From positions 1 to 34,503 of IMG/VR virus record IMGVR_UViG_3300045941_000095: 34,503 bases of DNA; one strand, written 5' to 3'. A program made the position numbers and the translations under genes. The stretch's first letter is position 1. Each line of letters begins with the position of its first letter. The notes beneath the pieces were generated by a model. It was not told where the DNA came from and ran no database searches. It worked only from the letters and a program-made list of their open reading frames with translations. This DNA comes from a virus (Duplodnaviria > Caudoviricetes). Below are positions 1-7,552 of this stretch, piece after piece.

Positions 1-74
1 ATGACGCCCGTTTGTGCCCATAATGGGCTGGAGATCGAGGCCACGAGCCCGAGAATGAGGACAAATCGCTTCAT
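1..74 (-). CDS. Partial CDS (runs off window start); secreted protein with signal peptide
   Basis: Hand translation MKRFVLILGLVASISSPLWA|QTGV...; ATGA overlap with the upstream ORF. Confidence 0.75.
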   Translation of the reverse strand, partial: MKRFVLILGLVASISSPLWAQTGV

Positions 75-220
75 TTAAAGTCGTCCGGCCAAACTGCCTT
101 AGCTTGATCGAAGAGAGCCTTCAATGTTGCCTTCAAAAGCAACGCATTCTTACTGTTCGGATTCTTGATCGTGCTTGCCGCCGCCATCAGCGCGGATTGC
201 AGCAAAAAGATAGGCCACAT
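71..220 (-). CDS. Small hypothetical protein, 49 aa
   Basis: Hand translation MWPIFLLQSALMAAASTIKNPNSK...WPDDFK; AAGGAG upstream; fills the gap in the operon. Confidence 0.65.
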   Translation of the reverse strand: MWPIFLLQSALMAAASTIKNPNSKNALLLKATLKALFDQAKAVWPDDFK

Positions 221-225
221 AACAT

Positions 226-432
226 TTACTCCTTTGGTTTTCCGTTACCGTTTGGCTTCAGCGAAGAAACCATCTTTTGCATGTTGCCGCAAAGCGCGTG
301 GGCCGCTGCGTATGCCCACTTGTGCATATAGCTGGCATCGTGTGGAAGTTCCGGCATCGTGCCGAGAGTCGAAATCAGCACGTAATAGCCAATCAGACAG
401 AGAATCCCGTTAGAGTTGATCCATTCAATCAT
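226..432 (-). CDS. Small membrane protein, possible holin or lysis accessory
   Basis: N-terminal hydrophobic segment GILCLIGYYVLISTL, charged C-terminus, directly downstream of the endolysin. Confidence 0.55.
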   Translation of the reverse strand: MIEWINSNGILCLIGYYVLISTLGTMPELPHDASYMHKWAYAAAHALCGNMQKMVSSLKPNGNGKPKE

Positions 433-439
433 TCAGTCC

Positions 440-922
440 TCACTTCTCTCTCAGTGCCATCTGGTGACATTCCGCTAAGCGGTTAAACCATCCTTGCCCG
501 TAGCGAATCACCGAAGGGTGAAGCGCATATTGGAAAGCGCGGCGTGCTACAAACTGCGCCGTGATGTACTCGACATCCGCACGCTGCGCCGCCTGCAAGG
601 TCTCGGTGCCGATAATGCCGTCCTGCTGAACCTTCAGAGCCTCTTGCAGCATCCGGATGGCTTTCCGTGGCCCCTGGTTTACCGCCGAATCAAACAGCAC
701 GAAGCCAATCGGCTGCGGGAAAGAACCGCACTGGCATTGCTGCCAGTAGTCCCGGAAGTAGATGCCCTTCGCGTCCTCGACCGTGAGTTTCGGAATATCC
801 ACATCGGGATATGCCTTCTTCGAGATCCCGAACTTGGTCTCGCCGCCCGAGTCATGGGCATCATTGGAATACCCGCCCTCATGGGCCAGAACAAAGCCGA
901 CTGCACGATCAAATGGGTTCAT
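440..922 (-). CDS. Endolysin, glycoside hydrolase family 108 with C-terminal peptidoglycan-binding region
   Basis: HEGGYSND..DSGGETKFGIS, FDSAVNQG, DGIIG..TL and YGQGWFNR motifs typical of GH108. Confidence 0.93.
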   Translation of the reverse strand: MNPFDRAVGFVLAHEGGYSNDAHDSGGETKFGISKKAYPDVDIPKLTVEDAKGIYFRDYWQQCQCGSFPQPIGFVLFDSAVNQGPRKAIRMLQEALKVQQDGIIGTETLQAAQRADVEYITAQFVARRAFQYALHPSVIRYGQGWFNRLAECHQMALREK

Positions 923-1104
923 CGCCTAAACTCCCAAAGACGTTTCCAAATCTCTCCATGTTCCTCGCGGTTCTCTTCCAGTTCGCGGGTATGCGCCTCC
1001 AATGTCTCCAAAATTCGCCCGACCCTCACGGAGCCGATGACGAGAGCCGCCACACCTACGGCATTAATCGCGAGGTTCAGCCATTGAAGCGCAGTCGCCT
1101 CCAT
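919..1104 (-). CDS. Putative holin (single TM plus charged coiled tail)
   Basis: Hydrophobic LAINAVGVAALVIG, then a highly charged tail; stop overlaps the endolysin start. Confidence 0.55.
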   Translation of the reverse strand: MEATALQWLNLAINAVGVAALVIGSVRVGRILETLEAHTRELEENREEHGEIWKRLWEFRR

Positions 1105-1589
1105 TACTTCACCGTCACCGTTTTTTCAGCGGTCGCCGTCAAGCCTTCGGCGTCCCGCGTTACCGCTCGCCATGTCACGGCGCCCTTTTTCTTGTAGGGC
1201 TGCGTGTTCCAAGTGTAGGTTTTCTGTGTCGTCTCGTCGCCCTCCCAAACCTTCTGCGCGTTGCGGTAGAGTTCGGTCCACACCACGCCCGCATCGTCGG
1301 TCATCTTCAGGAGAATCTTCTGGTTCTTCACCGCAATGACGTTGCCTGGAGGTAGTGCCGGATCGAACGTCATCGTCAGCGTTGGCGGCTTATTCACCGG
1401 GGGCTGCGGTGTCGGGTCCGGAGGAATCGGCGGCAAATTCACGCCCTTCGGCGCGTAGTATGGCGTCCATACGTTCGGCGCCGAGCAGCGATAGAGCACC
1501 TTCACCTGCGTGTCCCAAAAGGCCACGCCGGGAGTGCAGGTTGCGGGCCGCTGCTGAACAATAAGAAGAGCCAGAAGAGCGACTTTCAT
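1104..1589 (-). CDS. Protein with Cys-pair module, Pro-rich linker and C-terminal Ig-like domain
   Basis: Hydrophobic N-terminus; PPIPPDPTPQPP linker; NKPPTLT...AVTRDAEGLTATAEKTVTVK resembles bacterial Ig-like/PKD strands. Confidence 0.65.
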   Translation of the reverse strand: MKVALLALLIVQQRPATCTPGVAFWDTQVKVLYRCSAPNVWTPYYAPKGVNLPPIPPDPTPQPPVNKPPTLTMTFDPALPPGNVIAVKNQKILLKMTDDAGVVWTELYRNAQKVWEGDETTQKTYTWNTQPYKKKGAVTWRAVTRDAEGLTATAEKTVTVK

Positions 1590-1592
1590 GGC

Positions 1593-2192
1593 TTAAACAC
1601 TTATCACCGTGAAATTCACGCGCACGGTCATGGTGTTTGCGGCGGCTCCAGCCGTAAAATCCGCATCATTCGCCGCTTTTACACGAAACGGCGCATTCAT
1701 CATGGCGCTCGCAAGCCCATTGGCATACATACCAGAAGACGAAGAGTGTGCCGCATCGGCAATAGACTGGATTCCTCCGATGCCGAATGCAGCGGTTTCG
1801 CCGTAATTGGCGGTCGGGGCCAAAAGACCACTCACAGAGCCGTCAGCATCGTTATAGGCCGAAGAAATTGGGGTATTCGTTCCTACAAGAAAATCAATTC
1901 GAGCATCCGCATCAATGCCCGTGTAATCCGTGGCTATGCTGGTCGATATGAAGACATTTACCGGAACGATAATTTTACGCGGGCCAGGTGCGGGAGCAAT
2001 TTCCACGGCAGTAGTACGCAGCGGCACAATTTGGGCATGAGTCAGGGTGCGAATAGCGCAAAATAGCCCACCACCAACTCGGTAGAGGCTCCAATTCGTT
2101 CCAAGTTCAGCAAGTAGCTCTAGTTCCTGCGTGAAAATGTCCGCCAACTGGATCGCAAGGTTTTGAGGGTTGAGGTAGCTTTTAACTGACAT
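1593..2192 (-). CDS. Putative virion structural protein (start MSVKSY)
   Basis: Follows the adaptor gene; GGAG upstream of ATG 2192; Ala/Gly/Thr-rich beta-like C-terminus. Confidence 0.6.
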   Translation of the reverse strand: MSVKSYLNPQNLAIQLADIFTQELELLAELGTNWSLYRVGGGLFCAIRTLTHAQIVPLRTTAVEIAPAPGPRKIIVPVNVFISTSIATDYTGIDADARIDFLVGTNTPISSAYNDADGSVSGLLAPTANYGETAAFGIGGIQSIADAAHSSSSGMYANGLASAMMNAPFRVKAANDADFTAGAAANTMTVRVNFTVISV

Positions 2193-2194
2193 TT

Positions 2195-2956
2195 TTATCT
2201 CCCGTCGTAAGTCGTCACATAGTTCGGGCCGCATTCAAGGCCATAAAGTGCCGTACCGATGAACGCGGGGTCCGCATCATTCAACTGGCTGTAAACCTGC
2301 CGTGCGCCATGCGCCTGAATCTTCAATTCCTGAGTCACGGCCTTGCCGAAAGGCGTACACAGGCGCTCGGCCAGCGTAAACGTCAGCGCATCTTCAAGAG
2401 CGGGGGGCATGTCGATGTTGACCGCAATCGTCGGCGTGTCACCGCCCATCGTGATGGTTTCCAACTGCGAGCCGAAGTACAACTTCAGTTCGTCCGTCAG
2501 CGATACTGGATACGGCAGCGGGTAGATCGTGCCGACCGGGAAGCCGGGGTTGTAGTAGATCCGCAACGGCTGACCGCTTTCCGTTGACGGCAGCGACCAT
2601 GTTTGAAACTCGCGCTTAAAGATGATTGGCAGGTCGATCTCATAGCCGCCCGAGAGTACGAGCTTGGCGCGATTGATGGTTGGAGGCCGCACCGCCGTAC
2701 CCGTGCCCGTAATGATGAAGTCCGCGCCGCTGCCGGTCGGCCCGAGCGTGTAGCCTGTCGCCTTGCTGACAGTCCATGGGAACGACTGCGAGAACTCGAA
2801 ATAACTCATGCGCCCGAGAGCCCGCCAGCGATCAACGATGCGGTTGTAGTGGCTCAAGGCCAGCGCGTTATCTTCCGCGTTCGGCGCAGACTCGCCCGCT
2901 CCCATCCGGTTGATGTCGAGCAGCGCGTTAATGATGATGTCTTGCGGCGAGGGCAA
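2195..2956 (-). CDS. Head-to-tail adaptor, P22 gp4-like
   Basis: QDIIINALLDI...GAGE..P.AED..LAL...N...D.W N-terminus and ALTFTLAERLC.PFG C-terminus; TTG start with GGAGG; position in head module. Confidence 0.75.
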   Translation of the reverse strand: MPSPQDIIINALLDINRMGAGESAPNAEDNALALSHYNRIVDRWRALGRMSYFEFSQSFPWTVSKATGYTLGPTGSGADFIITGTGTAVRPPTINRAKLVLSGGYEIDLPIIFKREFQTWSLPSTESGQPLRIYYNPGFPVGTIYPLPYPVSLTDELKLYFGSQLETITMGGDTPTIAVNIDMPPALEDALTFTLAERLCTPFGKAVTQELKIQAHGARQVYSQLNDADPAFIGTALYGLECGPNYVTTYDGR

Positions 2957-2959
2957 TGC

Positions 2960-3136
2960 CTACCTCCGGCACTTCTTGATTTCGGCTTCGAGTTTCGCAA
3001 TCCGCGAAATCGCATCTAGTAACTGCGATTCAAGGGCCGCAACGGATTCAGCGGTCGCGAAGTTCGGCCCCGACGTCGAGTTCTTGTATTCCTCCACAGC
3101 GCGGGCAGTTTCTTCAGCCGTTTGCTTTTTCCCCAT
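2960..3136 (-). CDS. Small coiled-coil protein, 58 aa
   Basis: Hand translation MGKKQTAEE...ALESQLLDAISRIAKLEAEIKKCRR; TAATG coupling to the upstream gene; AAGGAG RBS. Confidence 0.7.
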   Translation of the reverse strand: MGKKQTAEETARAVEEYKNSTSGPNFATAESVAALESQLLDAISRIAKLEAEIKKCRR

Positions 3137-4806
3137 TAGTTCTCCTTTGCGAGTTCTTTGGAAATCTTTGAATGCTTCTCCGCGAAGTCTTTGTATCCCG
3201 CCATACGGTACGCCATCGACAGCGTTGTGTGCGCCATGCGGTCCTTTGGATGCTCCGCGACAAGGGTTTCAAGTGCGGTCAGTTCTTCAGCATCGCGCCC
3301 CATTTCCTTCAACAGACTCAGGCGGACCCCTCGGGCATAGATCATTTCGGGGTCTAACTTGATGGTCATGTCCACATTCGCCAATGCCCCTTCAAAATTG
3401 CCGCGCTGCGTCTCGCAGAGCGCAATGTATGTGTAAGCCAGCGGTACGGGTACGCCCCGGCGCGCGTGGAACTCCCCGGCTTCACACTTCTGGTTTTCCA
3501 GATAGACCGCTGCGAGGTTCACATGGGCCGCACGGAACGCCGGATAGCGGTCGAGCGTCTTCTGGAGCAGTAATTCCGCATCAGCATGGCGCCTCGCCTT
3601 TATCAAAGCCGCCGAGAGGTTCAACACGGCGCGTTTCTTGGCCGGGTCCTTATCGTGCGCGTCTTGCCAGAGGTCGATCACCGTGGCCCACGCCTGGTTT
3701 CGCTGGACAGTGCCCGCCGCAAGTGCCGCGATAGTCAGGGCCGCGAGCACAGGCGCTAGTCGTAGCCGTTGGAGGCGTCGGCATAGAGCCCCACCCATGA
3801 GCGCGACCCCGAGACCGAGAACATAGGCGCGGTATTCAAAGAGCGGTTCGGCAACAAGGATGACCAAAGCGCCGAGAATCGGGCAGCAGAGCAGGGCCCA
3901 TAGCGCCATTCGGATATCTACGGGTATCTTTTTGGATAGAGCCAGCGCCGCCATCGCGAGAATAATTGCCACCGCCGCGATCCATTGCCGCCCGAAAACC
4001 ATCGCCGGATCAGGAGATAAATGCAGTGGCACCAAAAGATTTCCGAGAGTATGAAAAGCGTATCCATTCAGAACGCCCCGCAAGTGCTCACTGACGGTCG
4101 GCCACGCGCCGTAATTCATGATGAGATCCGGCACGGGCATGATTTCGTTGGATAGCGGCGTATTGAAAATCGTTTGAACGTAAGGGGCCGTGAACATGAT
4201 CCCGACGAGACCGAGAGCGGCAGCACACAGGAGTATTTTCGCCGCCGTCTTATGCCCGTTGATGATGGCATAGCCGAGAAAGAGCGCAGGCGCAATCAGC
4301 GCCTCTTCCTTGCAGAGGACGCCGAGAGCGAGAAAGGCCGGAGTCGCGACCCATTTCCAGATTCCGGGCAACTTCAGCGCCGCGAGCGCCGCAGCGAAGA
4401 CAAACATCGCGGCCATCATGGAACCACGCGCGTAAATGTAGGCCACCGAGGACGAGAAGAACGGATGAACCGCGAACAGGAGAGCCCCGAAGGCCGCAGA
4501 GATTGGATCACCCCCTAACAAGTGGTCAACCAGGAAGAACACCAGCGCCACTGAAACAAGGTGAACGTAGAGATTGACGAGGTGAAACCCGAACGGATTC
4601 GCCCCGCCAATCACGTAATTAATCCAGTAGGTGAAGTACGGCAAAGGCCGATGCGCGATCCCCATTTCGTTCGCGACGAAATCGGTCATGGTTCCTTCAA
4701 GCCAGCCTTGAACCGCCACGTCATCGAACTGAAACGCTCCCGTCAGCGAGTTGGCATAGACCGCCGCCGTAATGACGAGAACAATAGCCAGCAGGGTTGA
4801 CTTCAT
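3136..4806 (-). CDS. TMTC-like GT-C protein glycosyltransferase (multi-TM plus C-terminal TPRs), 556 aa
   Basis: YANSL.G.FQFDD, HRPL, FHLVN...H, LLFAVHP, KE and T.QRN..W.....LW motifs in TMTC order; many hydrophobic segments; TPR-like repeats (AHVNLAAVY, AYTYIAL, AHTTLSMAY); AGGAG RBS and ATGA overlap at 4806. Confidence 0.88.
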   Translation of the reverse strand: MKSTLLAIVLVITAAVYANSLTGAFQFDDVAVQGWLEGTMTDFVANEMGIAHRPLPYFTYWINYVIGGANPFGFHLVNLYVHLVSVALVFFLVDHLLGGDPISAAFGALLFAVHPFFSSSVAYIYARGSMMAAMFVFAAALAALKLPGIWKWVATPAFLALGVLCKEEALIAPALFLGYAIINGHKTAAKILLCAAALGLVGIMFTAPYVQTIFNTPLSNEIMPVPDLIMNYGAWPTVSEHLRGVLNGYAFHTLGNLLVPLHLSPDPAMVFGRQWIAAVAIILAMAALALSKKIPVDIRMALWALLCCPILGALVILVAEPLFEYRAYVLGLGVALMGGALCRRLQRLRLAPVLAALTIAALAAGTVQRNQAWATVIDLWQDAHDKDPAKKRAVLNLSAALIKARRHADAELLLQKTLDRYPAFRAAHVNLAAVYLENQKCEAGEFHARRGVPVPLAYTYIALCETQRGNFEGALANVDMTIKLDPEMIYARGVRLSLLKEMGRDAEELTALETLVAEHPKDRMAHTTLSMAYRMAGYKDFAEKHSKISKELAKEN

Positions 4807-5243
4807 TGACTCCTGCCATAGATCAGGAATCCCGTTACCGCCCCCGTGGCCGTAGTGATACAGAAATCCGGCGTGACGTTCGGTGTGGCGTAATTCGGCG
4901 TCACCTGCCAAATCGGAAGGTAGTGGACGAACGAGATATTACACTCGTCGCACAACCGCATCGCCCCGCCAAGGTTTACCCCGCCGGTGCCGCAGGCCGT
5001 GCCCGTGCCACGACTAAACTGCACGGTCGTTGCCAGCGTGTCCGCTGAGACGACAAAGCCGCAAACGAAGGTTGAGCCGCCAGCAGATCCAGAGACGAGT
5101 ACAGCAGCACTGCCGCTCGCCAACGAAATGGTTGCCGACTGACTACAAACACCCGCCTGCGCTTCGACTACGGGAGTCGGCGCGATGAAGAGAAGACTGA
5201 CGCCGAATGCGAGAATGAGAACTACAGAAAAAAGACGTTTCAC
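4803..5243 (-). CDS. Secreted Ser/Thr/Gly-rich protein with 6 Cys
   Basis: Signal peptide MKRLFSVVLILAFGVSLLFI...VEA|Q; GGAGG RBS. Confidence 0.8.
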   Translation of the reverse strand: MKRLFSVVLILAFGVSLLFIAPTPVVEAQAGVCSQSATISLASGSAAVLVSGSAGGSTFVCGFVVSADTLATTVQFSRGTGTACGTGGVNLGGAMRLCDECNISFVHYLPIWQVTPNYATPNVTPDFCITTATGAVTGFLIYGRSQ

Positions 5244-5253
5244 GAGACCTCCG

Positions 5254-5286
5254 AAAAACTCCGGCCCATCCGAAGACAGGCCGGAA
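5254..5286 (-). terminator. Rho-independent terminator with C(UUCG)G tetraloop
   Basis: Minus strand TCCGGCCTGTC-TTCG-GATGGGCCGGA-GTTTTT, just after the 318-aa gene. Confidence 0.85.
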
Positions 5287-5292
5287 GGATTG

Positions 5293-6249
5293 TTAGAAGG
5301 TGCACATCACCGGCGTTTGGACCGATGTGAACGTGGACGGAACGGTAATCGCCGGAAGAGTTCCGAAGGTTCCCGCTCTCGCGTTCCCTACAATGTCGCC
5401 GTAGGACATCAGCGAACCCGCAAGGCCGAACGTCGCCGTAGCGCCCGTGTTCTGGACGCCGACGAAGTACCTAGCAGGCCCCGTGATAAACCTCGCTGAA
5501 GTGAAGGAAATGTCCCACATCGTTGAGGCTGTGCCGCCGGAGATTCCCGCCGTCGATGCATTCGCCAGCAGGCTTCCCGCGTTGTCGTACAGCGTCACCA
5601 ACGTCAGCGAAGTGCCGACCGTCGCTCCGTTCAGGACCGAGAGACCTGTCACCCAACGGCTGTAGGGAATCTCGATTGAGGACACGTAGACGGTTCCCGC
5701 GCCACCTGTGGTCGAAACCACTGTGGGCGTGAAGTGAAAGTTGCACTCGCGTGGTTCCTGGTGAACCGCATCCGGCAACGTACCTGCCACCCACTTACCG
5801 CCGAGACAGTCCGCCATCGCCACGGCCTGACCGCCGCTAATGACGAAGTTCGGCTGATAGCCCTGAGTGGCACGGGTGCAGGTTCCGGTCGGCTGGCTCT
5901 GAAGGAATACGCCCGAGGAACGTCCGGTGCCTGCATCCCAATTACCGCCAGGACCGAAAACCACAGTTGCGCCCGAAGGATGAGCCACGAGTGGCCCGCC
6001 CCCTTGCGCCTGAAGGGTAATCGTGGTGCCCGAAACGGCGGTCACGCGCCGATAGTCCTTCTCAATCAGGACATAAGCGTTGGTGCCGTTGACGGTAGCC
6101 GCAAAACCCGTGGCACTGGCAACGGTGATTGTAGTTGCGCCCGCTGCCATCGCTCCCGAAAGCGTGGTTCGCACGGGAGCCGATTGCGCGTGGGCCGTTA
6201 CGGTCGCGGCCAGAACGAAGAAAAGCGTGTAGAGTGTTTTCATTTTCAT
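5293..6249 (-). CDS. Thr/Ser/Gly-rich protein with signal peptide, in the capsid-decoration gene position
   Basis: MKMKTLYTLFFVLAATVTAHA|QS; TTLSGAM.AGATTITVASATGF resembles phage beta-strand structural modules; directly follows the coat gene. Confidence 0.8.
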   Translation of the reverse strand: MKMKTLYTLFFVLAATVTAHAQSAPVRTTLSGAMAAGATTITVASATGFAATVNGTNAYVLIEKDYRRVTAVSGTTITLQAQGGGPLVAHPSGATVVFGPGGNWDAGTGRSSGVFLQSQPTGTCTRATQGYQPNFVISGGQAVAMADCLGGKWVAGTLPDAVHQEPRECNFHFTPTVVSTTGGAGTVYVSSIEIPYSRWVTGLSVLNGATVGTSLTLVTLYDNAGSLLANASTAGISGGTASTMWDISFTSARFITGPARYFVGVQNTGATATFGLAGSLMSYGDIVGNARAGTFGTLPAITVPSTFTSVQTPVMCTF

Positions 6250-6260
6250 GGTTTTTCTCC

Positions 6261-7535
6261 TTACGCCCCGATTGCGGTAACAGCCGAAGAGGTGTCACCG
6301 AGCAGTTTGCCGAAGCCAATGCAGCAGTCGGCTCTCCACCGCCATTCGAGTGTTTCCGGCACGTACCAGCCGAGGATGGCGATATTGATTCCGGTGTCGG
6401 GATCAATGTAGCTGGACACCGTTTCAAAGCTGCCTTTCTTCGGGCTCGGGACTTTCGCGCCGACGATGGCAAACGCATCGTTGGTGAACGTGACGCCCAT
6501 CTTTCCGCTCTTCGCCGTCGCGTCGGTCATCGTGTACCCGTCATTGAAGGTCACCGCGTCCAGAGCAACAGGAAGCCGGGAAATGTTCTGATAGGGGTTG
6601 CCGGGGCCAAACAACGGCTCAACCAGGGGCACCGTCACGACGTTCGCCGCAGCGGTATAGGTCTGACCGGGATCGCCCGCAACTGTCAGGTGACGCCTGC
6701 GGAAGAGCGAGGCCCGCGTGAAGGGGTTCACGTCTTCGCAGTTTGCGACCGTGATGTAGTCGCCAGCCTTGATCGTGTCGCCCGTGGCGCAGCCGAGAAC
6801 GATGCTGGTATCGCCGTCCACCGAGGACACGCTGACCGTGATGGAAGCAACGGTGGCAATGACGCCCGTGGTGTGGGAGTAGAGCGACATGGTTGTGCCG
6901 ATGTCGTAACCGGAATAGCGCCCGATGACGCCTTCCGTAAAAATCCGCTCGCCATTCGCCGCGTTGAACAGGTTGATGGCGTTCGGCGTACCGGACACCA
7001 TGGAACGATGCGATTCGGGCGAAATGTACATTCCGGCTCGCAGTTTCCCGTTCTTTCCGTCCTTCTCGTCGATGCGGGTTGTGGCCGAACCGAACGTGTC
7101 GAACGAAGTTGGCGTGGTGCCGAGAACGCCGACGTGCATGGTCGTGTTCAGGGCGATGAAGCGAGCCGCCCGCAGGTCGATTTCCTGCGCGAGCTGCGCG
7201 GCAAGAGGCGCGAAGAGGTTCTTTTCCCGCGCTTCGTCCGTGCGCTCCATTTCAAACATTTGCTCACCAACGCCGGCTTGCAGCGGAATGTGGAAATGCT
7301 GGAAGGGGCCAACAGTCGCCCACTTGCGTTCGATGTTCGCGCCAGTCCACAGGGAACCGTCAACGACGGCGCCGCGAAGCGGCTTCTTGACGCGAAGTGT
7401 TTGCCCGATGGGTTCGGCTTTGTCCTCGAACTCCATCTCAAACTTTTTGGTCATTTTGTCGGCAATCATCAGGTTGTTTTTCACAAGCCTGACGATCTTG
7501 GCCGACACTTTGTCGGTATAAACATGAGTAGCCAT
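6261..7535 (-). CDS. Major capsid protein, P22 coat (gp5)-like
   Basis: 424 aa; IGQTLRVKKP, LAAQLAQEID, G.IGRYSGYD, DAFAIV and WRADCCIGF motifs; follows the scaffold. Confidence 0.9.
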   Translation of the reverse strand: MATHVYTDKVSAKIVRLVKNNLMIADKMTKKFEMEFEDKAEPIGQTLRVKKPLRGAVVDGSLWTGANIERKWATVGPFQHFHIPLQAGVGEQMFEMERTDEAREKNLFAPLAAQLAQEIDLRAARFIALNTTMHVGVLGTTPTSFDTFGSATTRIDEKDGKNGKLRAGMYISPESHRSMVSGTPNAINLFNAANGERIFTEGVIGRYSGYDIGTTMSLYSHTTGVIATVASITVSVSSVDGDTSIVLGCATGDTIKAGDYITVANCEDVNPFTRASLFRRRHLTVAGDPGQTYTAAANVVTVPLVEPLFGPGNPYQNISRLPVALDAVTFNDGYTMTDATAKSGKMGVTFTNDAFAIVGAKVPSPKKGSFETVSSYIDPDTGINIAILGWYVPETLEWRWRADCCIGFGKLLGDTSSAVTAIGA

Positions 7536-7552
7536 GGCAATCTCCGAGGCTC

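Noticed and set aside
3136-4806. Gtr-type serotype conversion cassette
   Set aside because: No gtrA flippase or gtrB GT2 nearby; TMTC motifs, TPRs and late-operon coupling do not fit
4807-4911. 35-aa N-terminal extension of the TMTC-like ORF
   Set aside because: Overlaps the upstream gene; the RBS and ATGA coupling support the start at 4806
6240-6265. Readthrough or frameshift fusion of coat to the downstream protein
   Set aside because: TAA stop is followed by an in-frame TGA within four codons, and the downstream gene has its own RBS and signal peptide
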